A stretch of DNA of 64,000 nucleotides, from assembly GCA_903893485.1 (NCBI GenBank), contig CAITMK010000001.1, positions 46,560 to 110,559 on the forward strand, in the 5' to 3' direction. The translations under genes were made by a program, and so were the position numbers. Under the pieces are notes generated by a model. The model searched no databases. It worked only from the letters and a program-made list of their open reading frames with translations, and was not told where the DNA came from. Positions 55,062 through 64,000 of this stretch are shown here, in pieces; positions within the stretch are counted from its first letter, which is position 1, and every line of letters begins with the position of its first letter. The DNA comes from Candidatus Magasanikiibacteriota bacterium (GTDB lineage: Bacteria > Patescibacteriota > Patescibacteriia > Magasanikbacterales > 2-02-FULL-50-9b).

Positions 55062-56396
55062 TTATTGAATCGTAACTTTTATTCTTGATGGCACCTTTGG
55101 GGCATGATCAACCCAGAATGGAAAGAACGAAATATCCACATGCGTAATTCCCTTAATGCTGCTAAGCGCATCTACAATTTCCTGTTTACTACGACCCAAA
55201 AATTGCGCTGGTTGAAAGGCACTTGCATGCGCATCAAGCACTGCCTTGCCCTCGCGATACACCTGCAGCTTGGCCGTTTTTGTTTCAGCCGATAACGATT
55301 GCAACGAAACCGTTGGTGCATCACCTTCAAAAATTACTTTGTGATAGGGTGTTGGCGCTTGATTTGAAACCTCTGTATCAGCGGCACTATAAACCGAGGA
55401 TTTTGGATATGCCACAAATGCCATGGTTCCCTGCGCAGTCACTACAAAAGCGCTTGTTTCATCACCAGGCTTCGCGCTTGAATCTGCTTGCACAGAAACT
55501 GGCGAATGCAAAACAGCGTATGAATCTGGGATGGTAACCGTGGTAAGTGCGGTTTGGCCAATTTCAAATAATGCCTTACGCGCATTTTCCTTGGCGGCAT
55601 CAATGTCTTGCTGCGTCACAATCCCAACTTTACTTGAACCACCCGCCGTTGACGCAATTGATTTACCAAAAATTATTTTTTGATTCGCCGCAGAAAGACC
55701 AGGGATGGTAAAATTTCCAGCAGCCACGTCTCCTTCAGGACCTGTTTTATCAGCTACAATTTCCGCGGTTACCTGCCCACCCGCTGGAGCCGTAACCGAT
55801 TTGATTAAACGAAATAATACACCACCATCGCTCAAAAAACGCGTGGTTGCGACCAGTGATTGCACTGTTTTACCTTGATTATATATTGTAACCACGCCAT
55901 GTGATTTACCCGGCTTATCCGTTGTTGTCTGTGGCGAAACAGTAATTGAAGTGCTCGTAGTCACACTCAAAATAATACCTTGAAATGTGTCCGGCGCTAC
56001 TGCAGCAGTACTCGTTGAAACCAAACTTGCGTCAGTAATAGTTACTGGAAATGTTGCAGCAACCGGAATCGGTTCCTGCGTAATAACAATCGTGCCACGT
56101 TGAAATGTAAAAAACGCGATCACCCCAGCAACTACAATGGTAATTCCAAAAAATGCCAGTGAGATTCGACGGTATACATTTACTTTGTGAGGCGCGTGCG
56201 TCGCGGTATCAATCGAAATACGAGGGCGCTCACGACGTGGCGCTTCAACTTCTTCCACAACAGGGCTGGCGCGACGACGAGCCGTTGGACGACGTGTGAC
56301 TGTTTTGCGCACAGACTTTACGACGCGCTTTTTTTTGGGTGTTGACGGTTCAAAATACTCTCCGTCAATCGGTAAATCATTAAATTCTTCTGGCAT
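55062..56396 (-). CDS. Membrane-anchored hypothetical protein downstream of the secretion ATPase
   Basis: 444 aa. A basic cytoplasmic N-terminus (KKKRVVKSVRKTVTRRPTARRR) is followed by one TM helix and a Thr/Ser/Val-rich beta-type ectodomain. Confidence 0.55.
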   Translation of the reverse strand: MPEEFNDLPIDGEYFEPSTPKKKRVVKSVRKTVTRRPTARRRASPVVEEVEAPRRERPRISIDTATHAPHKVNVYRRISLAFFGITIVVAGVIAFFTFQRGTIVITQEPIPVAATFPVTITDASLVSTSTAAVAPDTFQGIILSVTTSTSITVSPQTTTDKPGKSHGVVTIYNQGKTVQSLVATTRFLSDGGVLFRLIKSVTAPAGGQVTAEIVADKTGPEGDVAAGNFTIPGLSAANQKIIFGKSIASTAGGSSKVGIVTQQDIDAAKENARKALFEIGQTALTTVTIPDSYAVLHSPVSVQADSSAKPGDETSAFVVTAQGTMAFVAYPKSSVYSAADTEVSNQAPTPYHKVIFEGDAPTVSLQSLSAETKTAKLQVYREGKAVLDAHASAFQPAQFLGRSKQEIVDALSSIKGITHVDISFFPFWVDHAPKVPSRIKVTIQ

Positions 56397-56401
56397 ATTT
56401 T

Positions 56402-58132
56402 TTATTCACTAACGCGGAACACTTCGGACAAGGCCGTTAAGCCATCCGCTGCCTTAAGTATACCATCTTGAGCCATGGTGACCATACCATCGGCCTGTGC
56501 CTGCGCCTGAATATCAAATTCAGACATTTGACCGGACAAAATAATCTTTTCAATGGACGGTGTCATAGTGAAAATTTCGTACACACCAACACGGCCCTTA
56601 TATCCAAGCATTTTACACTCTTTGCAACCCGGCGCGGTCATAAACTTGGCATTTTCAAGATCAAAATGTTCGCCGCTAGCTGGCGACAAGGTTTTCATAA
56701 TATCGGCAACGCGCGCCTTATCTGTGTCAGAAAGCGCGGTTACCACTTTACACGCAAGGCAAAGTCGACGCACCAAACGTTGGCCAATAATTGCGTTTAA
56801 TGCCGGCGCAAGCAAAAACGGCTTAACGCCCATGGAAAGAAAACGTGGAATTGCGCCAGACGCACTGTTGGTATGAATCGTTGAAAGCAATAAATGACCA
56901 GTCAGCGCGGCTTGAATTGCAACTTCAGCGGTTGGCAAATCACGGATTTCACCAACCATACAAATATCTGGATCCTGACGCAAAATTGATTTGAGCGCGT
57001 CAGCAAACGTATACCCTTTAGTTTGATCGATCTGTGATTGATTCACGCCTTCCAATTTATATTCAACAGGATCTTCAAGGGTGATAATTTTAACACCTGG
57101 CTGGTTTTTCTTTTTCAAAATGGTATACAACGATGTGGTTTTACCGGAACCAGTTGGACCGGTGGTAATAATCATGCCATTTGGACGATCAATTTCATGT
57201 GATAATTTTTCAAATGCTTTGCCACGAATACCAAGACCCTCGAAACTAGCGTCGCCCTGCGGCTTCAAAATACGCATTACAACGCTTTCGCCGTACGCAG
57301 TTGGAATTGTGGACACACGCACATCAATCTTTCCTTCTGCGAGCACCAAGGTGATGCGACCATCTTGCGGTTTGTCATCGATGTTGATTTTTAAACCTGC
57401 GAGCAGCTTCACACGTGAAATAATTTTTTTCCACGACTCCGACGGTACATCGCCAATTTCATGCAAAATACCATCTAAACGCAAACGAACAATCACCTTG
57501 TGTTCTTCCGCTTCAATATGCACATCAGATGCGTTCATTTTAAATGCCGCCGCAAACACCAATGTCACAAAATCAGTGGTGTTAATTTCCTTCATTTTCG
57601 CCGCTAATTCTGGAAGCGAATTAAAAAGCGATTGAAATTTTTCCAAATCTTCGTTCGTAATTCCAACATCACGCGTTACAGTAATAATTTTTGGAAGCGA
57701 TGCGTAAAGTGCCATTGCTTTGTCAAAACTTTCTTGCGAAATGACGTATGGAATTATTTTATTTTTTTTATCTACCGCAATGCGCTTTAAAAATTCCTGC
57801 ACCGCGGTATCTGCAATGCTCACGACACCAACACGCGCTTCTTGCCCTTCTGCAAAAAAACAAACCACGGAAAATTTGCGCGCGTCATCTTCGGAAAAAA
57901 GTTGCAGGGCTTCTGGCGGAATTGGAAACTTACGCAAATCCATGTAACGCAAATGATAATCCGCCGCAGAAGTTTGCGCCTGCTGCTCAAATTTTTCAAG
58001 TGCAACGGCATGCAATTTTTCGTGCAACCGAAGATCGGCTGTTTCTTCATCAACCGCAATGCCAGCCGCTTTTCCAGGAGTTGGCGTTCCTTGTTTTTTT
58101 AAAAGATCAGAAAGACCGGCAACAGCTCCCAT
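56402..58132 (-). CDS. pilB: Type II secretion / type IV pilus assembly ATPase (GspE/PilB family)
   Basis: Walker A ITTGPTGSGKTTSLYT. Also Asp/His boxes, the tetracysteine motif (CLACK...CKEC) and a GSPII_E N-terminal domain. Confidence 0.9.
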   Translation of the reverse strand: MGAVAGLSDLLKKQGTPTPGKAAGIAVDEETADLRLHEKLHAVALEKFEQQAQTSAADYHLRYMDLRKFPIPPEALQLFSEDDARKFSVVCFFAEGQEARVGVVSIADTAVQEFLKRIAVDKKNKIIPYVISQESFDKAMALYASLPKIITVTRDVGITNEDLEKFQSLFNSLPELAAKMKEINTTDFVTLVFAAAFKMNASDVHIEAEEHKVIVRLRLDGILHEIGDVPSESWKKIISRVKLLAGLKINIDDKPQDGRITLVLAEGKIDVRVSTIPTAYGESVVMRILKPQGDASFEGLGIRGKAFEKLSHEIDRPNGMIITTGPTGSGKTTSLYTILKKKNQPGVKIITLEDPVEYKLEGVNQSQIDQTKGYTFADALKSILRQDPDICMVGEIRDLPTAEVAIQAALTGHLLLSTIHTNSASGAIPRFLSMGVKPFLLAPALNAIIGQRLVRRLCLACKVVTALSDTDKARVADIMKTLSPASGEHFDLENAKFMTAPGCKECKMLGYKGRVGVYEIFTMTPSIEKIILSGQMSEFDIQAQAQADGMVTMAQDGILKAADGLTALSEVFRVSE

Positions 58133-58138
58133 AAAAAT

Positions 58139-59110
58139 TTATCCACGACGTGCAAAGGAACCTAAAAATCTAATCACTTTACTCACTGGCGAATCTGCAA
58201 CCATGTGGTCGAATAGCGCCACGACTGACATGAAAAACCAAGTGGTATAGATAGCCATCACCACCCAACAGGCGATAAATAATACGGCTAAGTTTACGAT
58301 TACTGCTGGTGCAAACAATCCAGTTGTTAATTTTACCAGTATTGCAAAGTAAAAAAGCGGCGCCCACAAAACGGCAAATACCAATTTTGATACAATAAGA
58401 AATACGGTATTGAGCACTAAAAATATTACACCAATTTCCAATGATGCAAGCCAATGTTTTGCAAATAAATTAGTTGCGCATGCCAACGCTTTACGTAATT
58501 TCATTTTCTCTAAGACGATATAGCATGTGGCGTACAATGCAATAAACGTAATGCAGATATCAAAAACCGCGAGCAATGCAAAACCGAGCACAAAAATAAC
58601 TTTTGGCCACCAAGCAAATGGAAAAGCTTCCACCATGTAACGAATTGCCGAAACACCACCAGTTACAATTAATGCAGAAATTCCTTTGACCACCAAAATG
58701 CCGAGAATTGCCCAAAAATGTTGGAACGCAGCAATCCACGCCGCCTTGAATGAATAAATTCGCTTACGAAAAATAAATTCACCGGCCGCAACAAGGGCAC
58801 CTTGCGCCTGAATCACTAAAAAGAAAAACAGGATCATCAAAATGCCAAGCAGCGCCGCAGAAATAATACCCCCAAAAATATCCCAGCCAGACGCCGCAAC
58901 AAACGAAGGAAAAAACCATGATTGCCCCGTGGCATTCACATGCGCCATGTCCAAACCTACTGACGTGATTTTAAAAAGTCCCGCGAGTGAATAAAAAAAT
59001 TGTGTTTGCCCCATGAAAAAAGCAAATGCGCCAAGCACCCAAAGCGCGGGATGCCGCCAGGTCACGCTCCACGCGTCTCGCAAAATGTGTCGATAAATTT
59101 TTTGTGCCAT
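58139..59110 (-). CDS. Polytopic integral membrane hypothetical protein
   Basis: 323 aa with about 8 predicted TM helices. It is not a GspF/PilC fold. Confidence 0.55.
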   Translation of the reverse strand: MAQKIYRHILRDAWSVTWRHPALWVLGAFAFFMGQTQFFYSLAGLFKITSVGLDMAHVNATGQSWFFPSFVAASGWDIFGGIISAALLGILMILFFFLVIQAQGALVAAGEFIFRKRIYSFKAAWIAAFQHFWAILGILVVKGISALIVTGGVSAIRYMVEAFPFAWWPKVIFVLGFALLAVFDICITFIALYATCYIVLEKMKLRKALACATNLFAKHWLASLEIGVIFLVLNTVFLIVSKLVFAVLWAPLFYFAILVKLTTGLFAPAVIVNLAVLFIACWVVMAIYTTWFFMSVVALFDHMVADSPVSKVIRFLGSFARRG

Positions 59111-59159
59111 AGATAAGAAGAACTATATGGCAACAGTATAACACATCCGCAAAAAAATG

Positions 59160-60263
59160 TTATGCGGCTTTGTCGCCTCTAAAAAAACTAAGAAATCGAG
59201 ATCCTAAACTTTTTTTATTAGCTTTTGCCTCCTCACGAACTTTACGCACATCATTTAAATAACGCACTTCTGCAGAAACATGGTCTGCCGCTGCATTTGC
59301 AGGTTCACGCAATGGACTTGTGTATAAACCTTGATGACTTCGAAGTCGATCGCTAACTTTATTCTTTCCCAACAATGCACGCGCTTGTTCTGGATTTGCC
59401 CCCATATATTCCTCTTGAGGTTCTTCCATATTTTCATTTGCAGGCTCAATGTTTTTTGGAAATGTAAGCGCAGAACCCAAGCCCATGCTGCGGCGAGCCG
59501 CGATACGTGATCGATCTGCGGTACTACCAAGAAGTTCGCTAGTGACATCTTCCATCGATTCTTCAGCAACATCTTCAGTATGATTAGCAGGTACTTCTGG
59601 CACCATGTCCGATGTAATTACCGTTTCTCCTTCCGCGGTATTTCCAAAAAAACGTTCCTCAGCCGTCTGATTATCTGCTGTAGCCAAACTTTCAGCTGAT
59701 TTACCACCACCTATTCGACTCGATGGCATTCCCGAATGCTCACGCATTGTACTTGCCAAACGTGTCTGAATATTTTTAGGAACGCTTTTTGCCATATCTG
59801 GAGCTGCGCCAAAATGCAAACCTGCGCGAACGACATCAGCACCTACTGTCTCTGCAGACAGTTCTGGCAACTCTGGCATACCTTCTGCAGCTTGCTTAGC
59901 TTGTAGTTGCGCAATATATTCAGGAGAAACTTTTACACCAGGCGCACCGCTCACAACGCCAACTGATTTGGCAGCGATTTCCGCATGTTTGGCTAAAACA
60001 TTTTTGCGCAGTATCGCTTCGCTTCCATCTTGGATGCTTAAAATTTCGCTATCATATTTTTGAATTTGTTTAAACATGCTGTCCAAAGGCCCTTTCCAAG
60101 CAGGATTTTTACCTTTCTCGGTTTGGTACTTACTATAAGTTTCAACAAGTTTTGCACGTGCTTCCTGTTTTTGTTTCAAGATACTTGGAACACCCTCACG
60201 TTTTGGGGGTAATTTATTTTCTTGAGCAGCTTCAGGTTTTATATTTTCAAATTTTTGAGCCAT
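59160..60263 (-). CDS. Soluble hypothetical protein
   Basis: 367 aa, hydrophilic and low-complexity, with no recognisable domain. An extended-10 TGcTATACT lies upstream. Confidence 0.5.
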   Translation of the reverse strand: MAQKFENIKPEAAQENKLPPKREGVPSILKQKQEARAKLVETYSKYQTEKGKNPAWKGPLDSMFKQIQKYDSEILSIQDGSEAILRKNVLAKHAEIAAKSVGVVSGAPGVKVSPEYIAQLQAKQAAEGMPELPELSAETVGADVVRAGLHFGAAPDMAKSVPKNIQTRLASTMREHSGMPSSRIGGGKSAESLATADNQTAEERFFGNTAEGETVITSDMVPEVPANHTEDVAEESMEDVTSELLGSTADRSRIAARRSMGLGSALTFPKNIEPANENMEEPQEEYMGANPEQARALLGKNKVSDRLRSHQGLYTSPLREPANAAADHVSAEVRYLNDVRKVREEAKANKKSLGSRFLSFFRGDKAA

Positions 60264-60320
60264 ACTAAAATTGATATGAAATAGTATAGCATACTTTTAT
60301 ATCAAAAAAATAAAAATTAA

Positions 60321-60352
60321 AAAACCGCCCTGCATGGGCGGCTTTTTGTTTT
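60321..60352 (-). terminator. Rho-independent terminator of ftsH
   Basis: On the minus strand, CCGCCC-atgca-GGGCGG is followed by TTTTTTAATTTTT. Confidence 0.85.
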
Positions 60353-60355
60353 ATA

Positions 60356-62188
60356 TTATTCAGCCTTTTTAACTCCGACCAATGCAACAAATTCTTCTTC
60401 TTCCAAAGTTTCTTTTGCGAGTAAGTGATCAGCAATTTTATCGAGCACTGCGCGATGCGTGGTCAAAATTTCAACCGCGCGACGACGTGCGTCTTCAACT
60501 AAACGTACAACTTCGGCATCGATCGCCTCTGCAGTTTTTTCACTGTAATCGCGAGCTTCCATGCTACCACGGCCCATGAACATTGCTTCTTCGGTTTCGC
60601 CGAAGGTGCGGGCGCCAAGTGAATCACTCATGCCGTAACGCATCACCGCGTCTTTTGCAATTTGTGTTGCGCTACGCAAATCACTTGATGGACCAGTCGA
60701 GATCATGTCATCACCAAAGATTAATTTTTCTGCAGCATAGCCACCCATTGCAACGGCCAAATCATCATAAAATTCGGCGCGAGTGTGATAGTGTTTGTCT
60801 TCGGTTGGCATTTTGAGTGTGTAACCGCCAGCATGGCCACGAGAAATAATTGAAACCTTACGAATCGGATCTGAGTATTTAAGCAAATGACCAACAAGCG
60901 CATGACCACCTTCGTGATATGCGGTCATCTTGCGTTCTTGTTCACTAAATACATGGCTGCGGCGTTCTGGACCAAGGATTACCTTGTCCACTGATTCCAA
61001 AATTTCGGTAACACCAACAGATTTTTTGGCGCGGCGTGCAGTTAAGATTGCAGCTTCATTCAAGAGGTTTGCTAAATCAGCACCCGTAAACCCTGGCGTG
61101 CGTTCTGCAATGTTACGAAGTGAAACATCTGCATCGAGTGGTTTATTTTTTGCGTGAATTCCCAAAATTGCTTCACGTTCGTTAATGTCTGGAAGTGAAA
61201 CGGTTACGCGACGGTCAAAGCGACCTGGGCGAAGAAGTGCTGGATCCAAAACATCTGGACGATTAGTTGCGGCGATCACAATAAGGCCGCCATTTGGCTG
61301 AAAGCCATCCATTTCCACCAAAATCTGATTCAAGGTCTGTTCGCGTTCATCATGTGAACCGCCCATACCCGAACCACGACGGCGACCAACAGCATCGATT
61401 TCATCGATAAAAATAATTGCTGGAGCCATTTTTTTTGCGCGACCAAACAAGTCGCGAACACGTGACGCACCAACGCCTACAAACATTTCTACGAATTCAG
61501 AACCTGACATGTGGAGAAATGGCACACCTGCCTCACCCGCAACCGCGCGAGCGAGCAATGTTTTACCCGTACCAGGCGAACCCATAAGCAGCACACCCTT
61601 TGGTGTTTTTGCACCTAAATTTGAAAACTTCTCTGGAGTCTTTAAAAATTCAACGATTTCCTTTAATTCTTCTTTTGATTCCTTCATGCCGGCAACATCG
61701 TCGAAGGTAACTTTAACCTTTTCGTCGATGTCCATTTCCTTGCCAGCTGCCTGGCCAAAACCCATGGCGCGATTATTGGCACCAGAAACCTGACGTGCCA
61801 TGTAATAAAATAACACGCCAATAAGTACAATTGGAGCAAAGATTGGCATAAGCATGCCAAACCAATATTCCCAGCCATGCTGATCAGTAACGGACAAATT
61901 TGCCGCCTGAAGCTGCTCTGGTGTAACACCCATTGCGCGCAAAACGGTTGGCAATGAATCACCAGGTTCCTTGCGAGACACAAGCGCGCTCCCGTCGCGC
62001 TTGGTCACGGTCAAGTTTACGTCGTTTACCTCAATTTTTTGAACTTCATTTTTTTCAATGGCTGCGGCCACGTCAGACAAACCAACTTCCGTTGGTGCCT
62101 GTTTGGTGCTACGAACCCCCTGCGCAATGAGCGCAAGAAGAATCATAGCCACCACAAAAATTCCAATGTTTTTGAGGAACGTACGCAT
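60356..62188 (-). CDS. ftsH: ATP-dependent zinc metalloprotease FtsH
   Basis: AAA+ Walker [26 protein letters not shown]. Also the SRH region and the zinc site HEGGHAL. The start is taken at MRTFLKNIG, to avoid the 50-nt overlap with rpsA implied by the ORF-track start at 62260. Confidence 0.92.
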   Translation of the reverse strand: MRTFLKNIGIFVVAMILLALIAQGVRSTKQAPTEVGLSDVAAAIEKNEVQKIEVNDVNLTVTKRDGSALVSRKEPGDSLPTVLRAMGVTPEQLQAANLSVTDQHGWEYWFGMLMPIFAPIVLIGVLFYYMARQVSGANNRAMGFGQAAGKEMDIDEKVKVTFDDVAGMKESKEELKEIVEFLKTPEKFSNLGAKTPKGVLLMGSPGTGKTLLARAVAGEAGVPFLHMSGSEFVEMFVGVGASRVRDLFGRAKKMAPAIIFIDEIDAVGRRRGSGMGGSHDEREQTLNQILVEMDGFQPNGGLIVIAATNRPDVLDPALLRPGRFDRRVTVSLPDINEREAILGIHAKNKPLDADVSLRNIAERTPGFTGADLANLLNEAAILTARRAKKSVGVTEILESVDKVILGPERRSHVFSEQERKMTAYHEGGHALVGHLLKYSDPIRKVSIISRGHAGGYTLKMPTEDKHYHTRAEFYDDLAVAMGGYAAEKLIFGDDMISTGPSSDLRSATQIAKDAVMRYGMSDSLGARTFGETEEAMFMGRGSMEARDYSEKTAEAIDAEVVRLVEDARRRAVEILTTHRAVLDKIADHLLAKETLEEEEFVALVGVKKAE

Positions 62189-62210
62189 AAATTTTTTGCT
62201 GATTAAGCGA

Positions 62211-63362
62211 TTATGCCGCTTTTTCTTCTGTGTCTTCTGTTTTCTCTGCTTTTTCGGCATGTGTTGATTTTGCTTTTGGTTTTACACCAGGAACGCGAAG
62301 GCCCAAACGGTGCTCTTCTGAATCAATTGATACGATATCAAATTCGTATGTATCGCCGATTTTGAACTGCTTTGCAATGTCTTCGATTGTTTCGTTTGAA
62401 AGTTCAGAAACATGAGCCAAGCCCTGAATTTCTGGATCCAATTCTACGAACAAACCGTAAGGATTGATTTTAACGATTTTACCTTTGACCACCTGGCCAA
62501 CCTTATACTTATCATTAATAGTCTTCCAAGGGTCTGGAGTCAAGCGCTTCATTGAAAGGAAGATCTTTTTTCCGTCGATTTGGATGATTTCAGCCTTTAC
62601 CATGTCACCTAAGCGGACAACGTCCTTTGGATGATCAATGCGCTGCCATGCGAGCTCTGAAATGTGTACCAAGCCTTCAATGCCATCGAATTTAACGAAG
62701 GCGCCGAATGCGGTGATTGCAGAAACTTCGCCTTCTACGGTCATACCAACCTTATATTTGTCTGGTACTACGTTTTTAACTTCGTCTGCAATTGCTTTTT
62801 CAGAAACAATCAATTTTTCTTCTTTTTCGTTCACGTCGATTACCTTAACAGGTAAATCTTGGCCAACAAATTCTTTGAGTTTTTCAAGAATTTTGTTTTT
62901 GTCGCCACCAGCAACACGTGGATAATGATCCCCAGATAACTGAGAAACTGGCAAAAATGCGTCCATGCCGTCTAAATCAACCATGAGACCGCCTTTATTT
63001 GCTTCCTTAATACGAGCCATTACCGTAACGCCTGAGCGACGGAGTTCTTCCAATTTTGTCCAAACGCGGGCGTGGCCTGCGCTGCGGAATGAAAGTTCCA
63101 TTTCGCCGTTTTCGTTTTCAAGTTCGATAACTGTTGCTTCTACCTCTGAACCGTCCTTAAGGTTGCGGTATTCTGAGCTTTCAGCATAAAGTTCTGTGCC
63201 ACGGATCACACCAGTGCGGAGCCCCTCGATATTAATACGCACTTCGTTGCGGCCAACTGATAATACTGTTCCCTTCAAAATGTCGCCTACCTTTGGCACG
63301 TTGCCAAAATGTTCGTCCAGGAGTTTAGCGAAAACGCCCGTTTTTGTTGCTGTGTTAGTCAT
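62211..63362 (-). CDS. rpsA: 30S ribosomal protein S1 (four S1 domains)
   Basis: Repeated S1/OB motifs (GTVLSV...; GMTVEGEVSAITAFGAFVKF; GQVVKGKIVKINPYGLFVEL). The start is taken at MTNTATK; the ORF-track extension to 63539 runs through a terminator hairpin and a promoter. Confidence 0.85.
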   Translation of the reverse strand: MTNTATKTGVFAKLLDEHFGNVPKVGDILKGTVLSVGRNEVRINIEGLRTGVIRGTELYAESSEYRNLKDGSEVEATVIELENENGEMELSFRSAGHARVWTKLEELRRSGVTVMARIKEANKGGLMVDLDGMDAFLPVSQLSGDHYPRVAGGDKNKILEKLKEFVGQDLPVKVIDVNEKEEKLIVSEKAIADEVKNVVPDKYKVGMTVEGEVSAITAFGAFVKFDGIEGLVHISELAWQRIDHPKDVVRLGDMVKAEIIQIDGKKIFLSMKRLTPDPWKTINDKYKVGQVVKGKIVKINPYGLFVELDPEIQGLAHVSELSNETIEDIAKQFKIGDTYEFDIVSIDSEEHRLGLRVPGVKPKAKSTHAEKAEKTEDTEEKAA

Positions 63363-63378
63363 ATGAATTAGTGGATGG

Positions 63379-63407
63379 ATTGTAACAGAGTGAGGCCGGG
63401 GCGTCAA
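63379..63407 (-). promoter_or_regulatory. rpsA promoter (TTGACG-N17-TACAAT)
   Basis: Read on the minus strand, immediately after the island J terminator and 19 nt before the rpsA ATG. Confidence 0.6.
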
Positions 63408-63408
63408 C

Positions 63409-63464
63409 CCCCAAAAATAAAAGTGCGCGGAACCTGTAGACGGTGGTGTCTGCAGGTTCCGCGC
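63409..63464 (-). terminator. Rho-independent terminator for the island J mini-gene
   Basis: On the minus strand, the 17-bp stem GCGCGGAACCTGCAGAC / GUCUACAGGUUCCGCGC (one G-U pair) is followed by ACTTTTATTTTTGGGGG. Confidence 0.8.
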
Positions 63465-63489
63465 GGAGGGCGCGTGAGAGTTGTTCGGC

Positions 63490-63690
63490 TTAGCAGTAAG
63501 CCAAGCCGCGACCGCCGGGGCCGTGCCGCACGCGGTCAATGGCCACAGGATCGATCGGCTGACCAGGCGGCCGGCGATCAGCTGCGCGGAACGGATGCCG
63601 ATTCAGTGCCGCGCGTGCCAGCGGCAAATCAAGCGTCTTCAACTTAGCGCCGAGATAGCTGGGCTGTTGCCCGACTTGATTCTGATTCAT
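63490..63690 (-). CDS. Small hypothetical protein (about 66 aa), GC-rich island J
   Basis: MNQNQVGQQPSYLGAKLKTLDLPLARAALNRHPFRAADRRPPGQPIDPVAIDRVRHGPGGRGLAYC. The ORF is framed by GGAG-N6-ATG, a consensus-like promoter and a strong terminator. GC-rich. Confidence 0.5.
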   Translation of the reverse strand: MNQNQVGQQPSYLGAKLKTLDLPLARAALNRHPFRAADRRPPGQPIDPVAIDRVRHGPGGRGLAYC

Positions 63691-63734
63691 GATCATCTCC
63701 TTCAGCCCAATATTGACGGGCTTGCTTGCGACAC

Positions 63735-63763
63735 ATTAAAGCACAATAAACACATTTTGTCAA
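63735..63763 (-). promoter_or_regulatory. Sigma70-like promoter for island J (TTGACA-N17-TTTAAT, with an extended-10 TGc)
   Basis: Read on the minus strand, 8 nt after the stop of the upstream GC-rich ORF. Confidence 0.55.
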
Positions 63764-63770
63764 CCCTGAA

Positions 63771-63998
63771 TTAGCGCCTCAGGGCATCCAAAACCGAACG
63801 AAATTCTGCCGGCAGCGCTGGATACTGTTCCAACGTTTGCTTAATCAAGACAACACTTTGAGTTGCCGTACACCAGGCGGCGGAACCTCGCGCCAAGAGC
63901 TGACACGAAATCGACCGCGGCAACACGTCGGTTTCCTTATGGAAAAACAGCAGGCTCCACTCGGTCTGAACCGAAAAAACCATATTACGAAGAACCAT
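63771..63998 (-). CDS. GC-rich hypothetical ORF at the window edge; it may extend past the right edge of the window
   Basis: ...LPRSISCQLLARGSAAWCTATQSVVLIKQTLEQYPALPAEFRSVLDALRR* with the stop at 63771. The true start is unknown because of the window edge. Confidence 0.35.
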   Translation of the reverse strand: MVLRNMVFSVQTEWSLLFFHKETDVLPRSISCQLLARGSAAWCTATQSVVLIKQTLEQYPALPAEFRSVLDALRR

Positions 63999-64000
63999 TT

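Noticed and set aside
62189-62260. An N-terminal 24-aa extension of ftsH (MPKKQRKQ...)
   Set aside because: It would overlap the rpsA 3' end by 50 nt. The internal Met before the first TM helix gives a normal FtsH start. I could not exclude the extension entirely.
63363-63539. An N-terminal 59-aa extension of rpsA
   Set aside because: The extension runs through a 17-bp terminator hairpin and a TTGACG-N17-TACAAT promoter. The conserved S1 N-terminus starts at MTNTATK.

Overview
This 64 kb window is a gene-dense stretch of a low-GC bacterial chromosome. The backbone is roughly 42-48% GC by eye, and most genes are on the minus strand. Divergent housekeeping proteins, small proteins and sparse Shine-Dalgarno use suggest a small-genome lineage, possibly Patescibacteria/CPR-like; this is an inference.

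In order, the recognisable backbone genes are:
- a cell-surface glycosylation locus (GT4, GT2, DegT-type aminotransferase, membrane GT2, FAD oxidoreductase), then ndk, a lipoprotein and a UvrD/PcrA helicase
- tgt and queA, then mltG, manC and a PAP2 phosphatase
- a glycolytic block (gpmI, eno, pgk, gap)
- rpsB-tsf, prfA-rpmE, prmC, rplY, a SEDS (RodA/FtsW) protein and gyrB
- secE-nusG-rplK, thrS and a solitary rplA
- a thymidylate cluster (dcd, P-loop kinase, metallophosphoesterase, Tudor-repeat lipoprotein, long-form thyX, tmk), then gatB and miaA
- a PilB/GspE-type ATPase flanked by unknown membrane and coiled-coil proteins, then ftsH and rpsA.

No rRNA, tRNA or CRISPR was found.

The most striking feature is at least ten short GC-rich islets, roughly 55-62% GC, wedged between conserved housekeeping genes; nine fall within GC-rich regions A-J and the tenth is the partial ORF at the right edge (63771..63998). 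Each encodes one to three ORFan or mobile-element-like proteins. Examples are a CHC2 primase-type zinc finger, a DUF218-like protein, a three-gene operon and ~70 aa mini-proteins. Most carry their own near-consensus sigma70-like promoter (exact TTGACA or TTGACT at -35, a 17-nt spacer, and a TAnnnT -10) and most have their own Rho-independent terminator. This looks like phage-style 'moron' cassettes scattered through a chromosome. Other oddities are a perfect 17-bp AT-rich palindrome near prmC, a structured GC-rich leader, an 873-aa ORFan, and the split of rplK from rplA.
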